A stretch of 54,585 bases of DNA, taken from contig JWZX01002887.1 of NCBI GenBank assembly GCA_001275005.1, forward strand, positions 1-54,585, in the 5' to 3' direction. This document shows positions 19,959 through 29,015 of this stretch, piece by piece. The DNA comes from Chrysochromulina tobinii. Taxonomy: Eukaryota. Below the pieces are notes generated by a model. It searched no databases, had not been told where the DNA came from, and saw only the letters and a program-made list of their open reading frames with translations. A program made the translations under genes and the position numbers. Every line of letters begins with the position of its first letter. The first letter of the stretch is position 1.

Positions 19959-20007
19959 GTTAAATTGTGAGGGTTAAATTGACAAAAGAGAGGGTTAAAT
20001 TGACAAA
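19959..20007. repeat. Three short direct repeats of (GAG)GGTTAAATTG
   Basis: ggttaaattg occurs three times, twice followed by ACAAA, between the LINE 5' end and the CCP start codon. Confidence 0.6.
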
Positions 20008-20103
20008 GACCCAGGCGTGAGGGTGTGAATGTACGATTGAACGTGAACGACCGTGATGAGATTTTTTCGGTGCTCAAACGGCCGCGCCTGCCAACGAGCG
20101 CGG

Positions 20104-23100
20104 ATGAGCCGCGTGAGCGCGCACGAGTGCGGCGGCTTGATCTTCGACGCCGACTTTGATTCGGGCAATATAGAGAGCGTGGAAGCGCGTGGAAGCAACC
20201 AATTCACCTTGTACACGCGTGCGGATGCCATCGGCAGCAGGGAGAGGAATCGCGCCACCTGGTTCTACTTTGCAGTCCGTGGTGCTCCGCCTGGCATGCT
20301 CTTGTTCTTTGAGATACGAAATATGAATCCGCAGAGGGCCCTGTACCAGCAGGATATGCGCCCAGTGGTCCGCTCCCTGCCGTCGCAGCCAGACTGGCAG
20401 CGGATCCGGACTCCGTGCCAGCAGGCCGCCGGCAGCAAGGATACCCACGAGTTCGCAATCACCTTTGCCCACAAGGTCGAGCGGCGCAACGAGACGCTGT
20501 ATTTTGCATTCAGCTACCCTCAGAGCTACACCGAGTGCCAGGCACGCCTGGCGTGGCTGGATGCCATCTTCGGGCTGCCCAAGCCGGCGGTAGTGCCTCC
20601 ACGTGCGCCGAGTGGCGAGACGCCCACCATGGCGCCTACCGGTGGAGAGCCAGCCGCCGCTCCGACAGCCGCCGCGGCATCGAGCGGCCCAGGCCTCATG
20701 GACACGCTCGCGAGCGCGTTGAGTGCGGGAGCCCAGCCGGCGGCAGTGATGGACCAAATGGATCATCTACGCCGCGAGCGGCTGCTGAGTGCCGCTCGCG
20801 ACGCGGCGTTCGAGGCGCTCGCACCGGAGCCTCGGGCGGCTAGGGCCGCCAGGAAGGCTGCCGCACCTTCTACTGCGCGTGCCCCGGCCGCTCAGAGCGT
20901 GCCGTCCCCACCACCTTCACCGCCCCACCCGCCACCGTCTTCGCCACCGCCCTCGCCGCCTACCGCATCGCCGATGCCATTACTCCGATTTGAACAGAAC
21001 ATGTTCAAGTCCGGTGCGAGCCACCCTTACACGGCAGGCAACCCTTACACGGCAGGCAGCCCTTACACGGCAGGCAACCCTTACACGGCCGGTGCGAGCA
21101 GCCCATACATGGCCAGTTTCTCTCAGGGTGCACGGCGGCCTGCGGTCCGCGGAGGAGCCCTCTTCACAGAGACTCTTCACAGGCCAGCGGTCCGCGGAGG
21201 CGCCCTCGCACAGAGCCTGACCCAGAGACCGCCCCTCTGGCCTGGCCCACCTCCGCCTCCACTCCCGTCGCGGGCCCCGGCCGCCTTGAGCGTGCCCGCG
21301 CCGTCGTCGCTGCCGCCGCTGTCGTTCAACGCGGGCAGCCTGATGATCAGTGCAATCAGTGCAATCCCCCCGGGGCGTCCATCCGCTTCGCGCGCCGTCA
21401 CGCCACAACTGGATCGCTTGCTACAGCGCCTGTCGGCGGCCACGAACCGTCTCGAGACCAAAGTGATCGCTTTAGGAAGGGCGGAGATGGACGCCGAGCT
21501 CGCCGAGGCCGCGGCGATGAGCGCCGCGGCCCGGCTGCCCATCGAGAGCCCTTCGAATGTATACTACCATCGCGAGCTACTCACGCGCTCCGTCGACGGA
21601 CGGCGCATCGACCTGCTCACCATCAGCAGCAAGCGCGGCTTCGCTGAGCGGCCGCAGTTCCAGCCTTCGCAGTGGTACGAGCCGGCGCTCGAGCCGGCGC
21701 TGATCGCTCACGGAGCATCAGCATGCAAATGCTCACCACGGCGCCCCTTCCCCACAGGTACGAGCCGGCGCTCGAGCCGGCGCTGATCGCTCACGGAGCA
21801 TCAGCATGCAAGTGCTCACCACGACGCCCCTTCCCCTTCCCCACAGGTACGAGCCGGCACTCGAGCCGGCGATGCTGCCCGAGATTGAGCGCGGAGTCAA
21901 GGCGTGGTGGGAGGGCCTGCCGCCCCCTCCACGCGCGCGCAGCTTCCCCAATAAGAAGGTGAGCTTCTTCTGATTGCATGCTGATTGCCTCCCTCATCAG
22001 CGCGCAGCTTCCCCAACAAGAAGGTGAGCGTCCTCAGCGCGCGACGGACAGATGATCTCAGGCGCTGCTCGATCGTCTCTGAGTGCATGCTGATTGCCTC
22101 CCTCATCAGGTGATCTTCCTCAGCGCGCGGGTCCACCCGGGGGAGACGCCCTCCTCGTTCGTCTTCGACGGGTTGCTCGAGTTCCTTCTACGCGAGTCCG
22201 ACCCGCGCGCGGCCGCTCTGCGCGAGCGGTATGTGTTCAAGCTCATCCCGATGCTCAACCCGGACGGCTGCTACCGCGGCAACTACCGCTCCGACCAGGC
22301 GCGCCAACTGATTGCATGCTGAGTGCATGCTGATTGCATGCTGAGTGCATTCTGAGTGCATTCTGATTATATGCTGATTACATGCTGATTGCATGCTGAT
22401 GGCATGCTGATTGCATGCTGATTGCATCTACCGCTCCGACCAGTTCGGCGCCAATCTCAACCGCTGCTACAACTTCGCGAGCCTCGAGCGGCAGCCGAGT
22501 ATCTTTGCGGCGACGGCCGTGCTCAAGAGCCTGCATGCCCGCCGGCTGCTTGAGTGCTACATCGACTGCCACGCGCACGCGGGCAAGCGCGGCTGCTTCC
22601 TGTACGGCAACCGGATGGCGCCGACCGACCAGCGGCACCTCGATGGCCCCTTGTACACGTTCCTGCTCGCCCTCAATACGCGCTTCGTCGACACGGACCA
22701 GTGTGTGTTCTACGAGGGCGCGAGCGGGCACGCGGGCTCTGGGCGCGAGGCGGTGTATGCGGCGACCGGCCTCGCGCACGTCTTCACACTCGAGTGCAAT
22801 TACAATGACGGCAAGAGGGTCAACACGCTGCCTTCACGCTACGAGGCGGCCGTGAAGGACGCGCGCTGCCTCAGCCCGCCGCCGCCGCCGCTCCACCCGC
22901 ACGCGCGCTACGGGCCGTCGACGTGGCGCGAGGTGGGCAAGGGCCTCGCGCTCGCAATGCTCGACTTCGCCGGCGCCAACCCCGCCTCGCGCCTCGGCCC
23001 TCCGTCGGAGCTCGGCAGGGCGCTCAACGCGTACAAGGGGTCGCTCCCCGCGTGGCTCAAGGCGCACACCATCTCGAATACCGGCGGCCACGACTCGGAC

Positions 23101-23133
23101 GACGAGGAGAAGGCTACCGCCTCGTGCCGGTGA
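20104..23133 (+). CDS. AGBL5: Cytosolic carboxypeptidase 5-like (M14 tubulin deglutamylase); exons 20104-21674, 21847-21958, 22110-22298, 22444-23133
   Basis: [129 protein letters not shown]. All three splice junctions preserve the frame. Confidence 0.88.
21024..21090 (+). repeat. Coding 18-nt tandem repeat (PYTAG[N/S] x4)
   Basis: CCTTACACGGCAGGCAAC-type units inside the Pro-rich insertion of the CCP gene. Confidence 0.8.
21675..21846 (+). other. Intron made of two back-to-back near-identical GT-AG units (83 nt + 89 nt)
   Basis: Units 21675-21757 and 21758-21846 each start GTACGAGCCGGCGCTCGAGCCGGCG and end CCCCACAG. Confidence 0.8.
21959..22109 (+). other. 151-nt intron containing a duplicated exon end and two copies of the CTGATTGCCTCCCTCATCAG cassette
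   Basis: Removal joins [17 protein letters not shown]. Confidence 0.85.
22299..22443 (+). other. 145-nt GC-AG intron: 11 x 11-nt repeat flanked by a 16-nt direct repeat
   Basis: CTACCGCTCCGACCAG at 22283-22298 and 22428-22443; (CTGA[T/G]TGCAT[G/T]) x11 at 22308-22427. Confidence 0.85.
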
Positions 23134-23229
23134 AAACCGCGGTGTCCTAGATTAGGCCTAGATTACGAAGAGATGCACAAAGTACGAACCCTTCTATTCA
23201 CAGGACAAGTCTCTGTTGTTCACGCTAAA

Positions 23230-24060
23230 ATGCGCTTCGCCCTCCTCGTCGTCTCCGTCTTTGCGTGTTCGGCGGCGGATTCCTCGCTGCGCGTCGCTCT
23301 CTACGTCGGTAGCGGTAGCAACGCTGGCAGCGCTGGCAACTTCAGCGAGGCGCTGGCGCAGCTCGTCGCGCGGGGCGTCCTAGCGAGCTTTGACAGCCTG
23401 GCAGATGCGGATGTCGGTGCAAAGCTGACGCCCAGCGCCTTCGACGTTGTCGTCTTCCCGGGCGGTTCGGGCTCGGGCGAGTTCAACGCCATCGGGGAGG
23501 CGGGCCAGGCCGCGGTGCGCGCCTTTGTCGCGGCGGGGAAGGGCTATTATGGCACGTGCGCTGGCGGCTTCCTCGCACTCACCGCGACGTGCTGCTCAAA
23601 CTCGACGCACGCGGCGCTCCCCGGCTACTGCGACGGCGGCGTCGGCTGCTCAAACAAGACGGATGCGCTCGCGCTCATCGACTACGCTGCTGCCGAGCCG
23701 TGGGATCGGGGCCACGGGATGGTGTCGATGATCTACGACGACAACACCGTGGCCATGCTCAAGCTCGACCCGGCCGTGTACGGTGGCGGTCGGAACACGA
23801 GCGTCCTCTACTACCAGGGGCCGATCGCCGACCGTGCGTACCCTTCGAAGGGCTACACGAGCGGCGCGACCTTCACCAGCGAGATCCACTCGGGCCATCC
23901 GAATCTGACGACGGGCCAAATGATTGGGACGACCGCGCTTGCCTACACGACGTACGGCGAGGGCCGCGTGCTCATCTCGATCCCTCACCCCGAGGAGACG
24001 GTGCCGCGCCTGAATGACGTCGTTGCCGCGTACGTGCTCTACGCCGGCAAGGCAATTTGA
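23230..24060 (+). CDS. Secreted BPL_N / class I glutamine-amidotransferase-like domain protein
   Basis: Signal peptide MRFALLVVSVFACSAA; RVALYVGSG, FDVVVFPGGSG, VRAFVAAGKGYYGTCAGGFLA (nucleophile-elbow Cys), YYQGP, YGEGRVLISIPHPE. Confidence 0.8.
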   Translation: MRFALLVVSVFACSAADSSLRVALYVGSGSNAGSAGNFSEALAQLVARGVLASFDSLADADVGAKLTPSAFDVVVFPGGSGSGEFNAIGEAGQAAVRAFVAAGKGYYGTCAGGFLALTATCCSNSTHAALPGYCDGGVGCSNKTDALALIDYAAAEPWDRGHGMVSMIYDDNTVAMLKLDPAVYGGGRNTSVLYYQGPIADRAYPSKGYTSGATFTSEIHSGHPNLTTGQMIGTTALAYTTYGEGRVLISIPHPEETVPRLNDVVAAYVLYAGKAI

Positions 24061-24584
24061 GAAGGTAAGGATTTTTAGCAAGTTAGGCGACAGGCATGGC
24101 GACAGGTCACCACGGAGACCAGCAGGTCACACGGGAAGTTCAAGTTGCTTCGGTAACGGTATTTTAAGTTCGGTACGAGTTTTAGGTGTTCGTTATCTTC
24201 AATCTATGTCATTATCTTTGCGGGATCGGCTGACATAGATCGGATTCTTTTCGACTTGTTTGTGCCGGTCCACGAGGTGACCCGGAGCACGCCCGCGTAT
24301 GCGTGCACAGGGAAAGCCCCGCATCATGAGTGGCCATCCGGGATGATGGAGTGGGCGAGGAGGCCGCTGCGGTGCCACCTCTGACATAGGACTGTCCCGC
24401 ACACTCCATGCAACTGGACATGCATCCCATCTCAACCACCTGCACCACCCGGTGATGGATTCGGATATGCCCCGCAGATGTGCCACGCAGTCGCGAGCTG
24501 ATAGGGCATGAGCCTCCTCTGCTCCCCGGGGTGCGGCGCTCTGCAATAGTAGCGGCCCGTCTTCTTCACTTGCCGGACACGCTC

Positions 24585-26651
24585 TCATCCGAGCAGGGCC
24601 GCCATGGTCGCGTCGACATCATCCAAATAGTCGCCCTCGCCGAGCTGCGCGCTGCCCGCCGGCAGGAGCGAGCTGCCGCCGCCGCCGCCGCCGCTCTCCT
24701 CCCCCGCAGGCACGCCAGACGGCGCCTCGGCGGTTCTGGTCGATTGGGTGGCAAAGCGTCCGAGGGACGAAATCTCGCCCCATTCCTCGGCGTCGGCCAC
24801 ACGCCGTTGTCTCTCCTCTTCGGCCGCCGCCTGGGCCGCTGCGGCTTGGGCTGCGGCTTGGGCTGCGGCTTGGGCTCGCTTGGCCGCTCGGCCACCCGCC
24901 TCGGCCGTCGCCGCCTCCTCCTCCTCCTCTTCCTCGTCGTCGGGTGAGTCGTCTGAATCATCCTCCGAGTCCTCGGGCAGCAAGCCGCCGCCGCTCCGCT
25001 GACGAGGCTCCGCTGACGAAGCTGACGAAGCCGCGCCGCCCGAGACGGCGCCCGAGGACGAGGCGCCTTCACTCGAGCCAGTGCCGGGCGTCGTGCCGGG
25101 CGTGCGCAGCGGCACGGGCGTCCCGCCCGACGTGCCTTGGGGGCTGTCCACGTCGCCCCCCGGGGCCGCCGCGCGCTTGCGCTTGCCGCCAAGGCCGAGC
25201 GCCACGCTGGCCGTCACGCGGTGGCCCTCACCAGCGTTCACATTCACAGCTTCGGCGGCCGCACCGCCGGCGGCGGCCTCCTTGGCGGCAGCGGCGGCGG
25301 CGGCCAGCTTGGCGGCCTCCTCGCGCGCCGCGGCCTCGCGCGCCTTGGCCTCCTCCGACTTGAGCATCTTGAACCCCAACGAGCCGTCAGGGGCGCCTTC
25401 GAATCGGAAGCCGCGGCGCACAAAGGGTTCGGTCGTGACGGCAGCTGACCAGCCGGCGACGAGCACCTTGGTGCGGACGGCGGCGCCCGCGCTCGAGGCG
25501 GCCAGGCGCAGGCAGAAGACCTCGAGCCGCGAGACGAGCGATGCCGCGAGCACGGACACCTTCTTGTCGCCATTGAGCAACGACCAGGCCTTGCACGACT
25601 CCTTGTGCATCTCGAAGGCGACGCACGTGGGCGCGGGCGTGCGAGTGCCCTCCTCCCAGAAGCGCACGTCGCACACGCCCAGCGGCGCTCCGTCCGCCGG
25701 CTGCTCTGACCAGCGCAGCTCGAGCCGCGTGCCAAAGTCCGCACCCCCCCCCTCGCCGAGCGTGCCCGATCGAAGGTGCACAACCAGCCCCATCGCGAGC
25801 TTCTCCTTGATGGCGCCGTGCGGGAGCGAGGTGGCGCTCACGCGGCTCTCGTCACCGAGCGCGAGCCGCTTGACGCACGCCACGCGGAAGGCCGTTGGAT
25901 CCACGCCCGCCCCAACGTCCACGTCGAGCCAGACCGCATTCGACCATCTGTGGTGCATGCAGGTGCGGCAGCGCATCGCGAGCTGCGCCACCTTGGCGGC
26001 GTCCTTGGCGACGCACGCGAACGACTGCGCGTTGGACTCGGCGAGGCGCGCGTGCGCCGTCAGCCCAAAGTCCTGCGTCGCTAGCGTCATCAGCTCCTTG
26101 CCCACCTGCGCCGGGCTCAGTGCGCGGCCTGACGAGTCGGCCGCGTCGAGCACGAGCATCACGCGCGTGTGGCCCTTGCTCGGCGCGGGCCCGTCGTTGC
26201 CCGCGCGCTCCTGGCGCAACTTGGCCAGCTGCTTGTTCACCTGCTCGGGGTACCGCTTCTGCAGCAGCAGCACGCACTCGTCCTGCGGCAGCACCGGGAG
26301 CCCACGCTGGCGCGCGAGCTTTGTCGCGTGGTCGAGCGTGCCGAGCACGCCTCTCAGGTCTTCGGCGCGCGCCTTGGAGACGAGAAGCTGCCGCATGCCG
26401 CCGCGCGGCGCGGTCAGCTCGAAGGTCAGCTTGCCGCTCTCGAGGAACTTGGCATGCACCTTGCTGATGGAGCCGAGCGCGTGGAGAGACACCTTGTCGC
26501 CCGCGCCGGCGGCGAGGCAGAGCGCGCCGGAGGAGAGCGCGAGGCCGAACTTGTCGAACTTTGAGGGCGCGCCTTGCCCGCTCACATTCGTGAGCTCGCA
26601 GTGCGCGTCGAGCGCGACATGGAGAATGGGGCCGGTGACGGTGGACGCCAT
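24585..26651 (-). CDS. Hypothetical protein with an N-terminal PIF1/LRR1-type PH-like domain and an acidic low-complexity tail
   Basis: 688-aa ORF with coding-like composition. KVHAKFLESGKLTFEL...QLLVSKARAEDLRGVLGTL resembles the PH domain at the N-terminus of PIF1 and LRR1. Confidence 0.6.
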   Translation of the reverse strand: MASTVTGPILHVALDAHCELTNVSGQGAPSKFDKFGLALSSGALCLAAGAGDKVSLHALGSISKVHAKFLESGKLTFELTAPRGGMRQLLVSKARAEDLRGVLGTLDHATKLARQRGLPVLPQDECVLLLQKRYPEQVNKQLAKLRQERAGNDGPAPSKGHTRVMLVLDAADSSGRALSPAQVGKELMTLATQDFGLTAHARLAESNAQSFACVAKDAAKVAQLAMRCRTCMHHRWSNAVWLDVDVGAGVDPTAFRVACVKRLALGDESRVSATSLPHGAIKEKLAMGLVVHLRSGTLGEGGGADFGTRLELRWSEQPADGAPLGVCDVRFWEEGTRTPAPTCVAFEMHKESCKAWSLLNGDKKVSVLAASLVSRLEVFCLRLAASSAGAAVRTKVLVAGWSAAVTTEPFVRRGFRFEGAPDGSLGFKMLKSEEAKAREAAAREEAAKLAAAAAAAKEAAAGGAAAEAVNVNAGEGHRVTASVALGLGGKRKRAAAPGGDVDSPQGTSGGTPVPLRTPGTTPGTGSSEGASSSGAVSGGAASSASSAEPRQRSGGGLLPEDSEDDSDDSPDDEEEEEEEAATAEAGGRAAKRAQAAAQAAAQAAAAQAAAEEERQRRVADAEEWGEISSLGRFATQSTRTAEAPSGVPAGEESGGGGGGSSLLPAGSAQLGEGDYLDDVDATMAALLG

Positions 26652-26883
26652 CTATTCGCGCCGAAAGCGCGCTGTACCGGTACGACGCTTATTCGACCCC
26701 TCGGTGGATGCAATGGAAGTCCGGTGTACCGCAAGGCATGCGAGTCGGCCGTTTTCGGAGCGTTGTGGCGGGCGCGCGACGGTGCTGTCCACGTCGATAC
26801 CATCCACTCCCGTCAGCTGTGCTCGTGGGTCCCCGGGCCGTACACCCGGCCTGCATCCCCGGTTCCATCGACCGCCACGAGTG

Positions 26884-28767
26884 ATGAACGTCAAGAAGCT
26901 GCTCAAGCAGGCCCTCAAGGCGGGCCGAGCCTCGGGCAAGAAGAACACGCTTGAGCGCGCCGAGCTCGAGCAGATCGTCGTCGCCCAACTCGTTGCTTCG
27001 GGCAAGAAGCAACAGAAGGCCATGCAGCTCGTCGCGAGCAAGCTCTCTGAGGAGGCGTGCTTCGTGCAAACGGGCTCGCTGGTCAGGTTCGTCAAGGAGG
27101 AGGAGGAGGACGCCGTCGCGCCGCCCGCGCCCGCTCCCGCTCCCGCTCCCGCTCCGGCGCCTGCAAAGCGCAAGGAGCCCACCGTGGAGCCGCCGCAGGC
27201 CAAGAAGGCCAAGCCGGCGAGCAACGGCGGCCCCCCCGCACCGATGGTTCCGGCCGGCCCAAGCGGCGTCCTCGGCCAGGTGCGCATGATGGACGAGGCG
27301 GCGGCCGACGCGTACTGCAAGGAGAATGTCATCTCGGTGACCGGGGAGGGCGCTGAGGCCTTCCGACCGGTGGCGGGCTTCGCGGAGGCAGGCTTCGGGC
27401 CGGAGGCGCTGCAGGCGACGACCAGCTTCGCGCGCCCGACGCCCATTCAGAGCTGCTGCTGGCCGCCGATGATGTCGGGTCGCGACACCGTGGGTGTGGC
27501 TGAGACGGGCAGCGGCAAGACGCTCGCCTTCTTCCTTCCGGCGATGACGCACGTGCTCAAGCATTCCGGCGGCCCACGCGCACCCGGCGTGGCGGTGCTC
27601 GTGCTCGCGCCCACGCGCGAGCTCGCCATGCAGAGCGAGGAGGTGTGCTCGAAGGCGGGCAAGCCTATCGGCCTCAAGAGTGTGTGCGTCTACGGCGGCG
27701 TCGATAAGAAGCCACAGCGTCAAGCGCTCAAGGAAGGTGCGCGGGTGGTGGTGGCGACGCCCGGCCGGCTCCTGGACCTCGCCAGCGAGGAGGGGAGCGG
27801 CGCGCTCCGGCTCGACGGCGTCACGTACCTGGTGCTCGACGAGGCTGACCGGATGCTCGACATGGGGTTCGAGAAGGACGTGCGCGCCATCATCGGCATG
27901 ACGAGCCCCACACGGCGCACGATGATGTTCACGGCGACGTGGCCCGACTCAGTCGAGGCTCTCGCGAACGAGTTCCTCTCGAAGCCCATCCGCATCAACG
28001 TCGGCTCCTTTGACCTCACTGCCAACAAGCGCGTCACGCAGACGGTCGAAGTCATCGACGAGTCCAACAAGCCCAAGCGCCTCAAGGAGCTCCTCCAAAA
28101 GTACGTCTGCTTGCGTCTGCTTGCGTCTGAGTGCGTCTGAGTGGGTCTGAATGCCTCTGAGTGCCTCTCATGGCCTTTGTTGACCTCTGTTGGCCTCTGA
28201 TGACCTCCCTCATCTGATGACCTCTTGATGACCTCCCTCATTAGGTACCACGGCTCGCGCACGAACCGTTGCCTCATCTTCGCGCTCTACAAGAAGGAGG
28301 CAGCGCGCGTCGAGCAGGACGTGCAGCGCGCCGGCTACTCGTGCATCGCCATCCATGGCGACATGACGCAGGCCGCGCGCACCGACGCGCTCGATCAATT
28401 CAAGTCGGGGCGCACCCCTCTGCTCATCGCGACGGACGTAGCAGCGCGTGGCCTCGACATCCCTGACGTGGAGGTGGTCATCAACTATACGTTCCCGCTC
28501 ACCATCGAGGACTACATCCACCGCATCGGGCGCACCGGGCGCGGCGGCAAGACGGGCATCAGCCACACCCTCTTCACGGGCAGCCCGCAGTTTGAAAAGC
28601 CTCTCGCGGGCGCGCTCCAGAACGTGCTGCGCGAGGCGGGCCAGCCAGTGCCCGAAGCCCTTCTCAAGTTCGGATCTGCTGTGAAGAAGAAGGAGCACAA
28701 GATGTATGGCGCCTTTGCCAGCGCGGCCGGGCCGGTGAAGGCCGCGACCAAGATCGTCTTCGACTAG
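26884..28767 (+). CDS. DBP3: DEAD-box RNA helicase DBP3 (ribosome biogenesis); exons 26884-28100, 28245-28767
   Basis: Q motif FARPTPIQ, AETGSGKT, PTRELA, TPGRLLD, DEAD, ATDVAARGLDIP, HRIGRTGRGG. DBP3-type LIFALYKKEAARVE and C-terminus LLKFGSAVKKKEHKMYGAF...KIVFD. The intron 28101-28244 joins LQK|YHG. Confidence 0.92.
28101..28244 (+). other. 144-nt intron with a 10-nt tandem repeat gradient, ending TGATGACCTCCCTCATTAG
   Basis: The intron starts GTAC, as does the next exon. Repeats GTCTGCTTGC/GTCTGAGTGC/CTCTGAGTGC. Confidence 0.85.
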
Positions 28768-29015
28768 GCCGCGGGTGGAGACGCGTACCGTAGCATGTGG
28801 TCCGTAGCCCCCCGAGGGCGGGCGAGGTGTGCTTCTTCTTGACGTGGAATGTGTCCGTCGGGCAGCGCGCGTGGTATCCTCTGAGATTGTGTTCTGTGAC
28901 GGGGCGGCTTTTTGCATACGGCGCGTTCTCTTGGGCGCTCGTCAGTCGAGCTCCTTCAAGTCGGTGAGCGACTCGACGTCCAAGCCGCCTGGACCCATCC
29001 GTTCGCGTCTCCGTC

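Noticed and set aside
22308..22427. CRISPR or telomeric array
   Set aside because: An 11-nt unit with no spacers and no TTAGGG; it is explained as an intron interior.
25081..26883. N-terminal 600 aa of the 1019-aa ORF 25081..28140 as part of the helicase
   Set aside because: It is the Ser/Ala-rich antisense shadow of the minus-strand gene 24585..26651; the helicase plausibly starts at ATG 26884.
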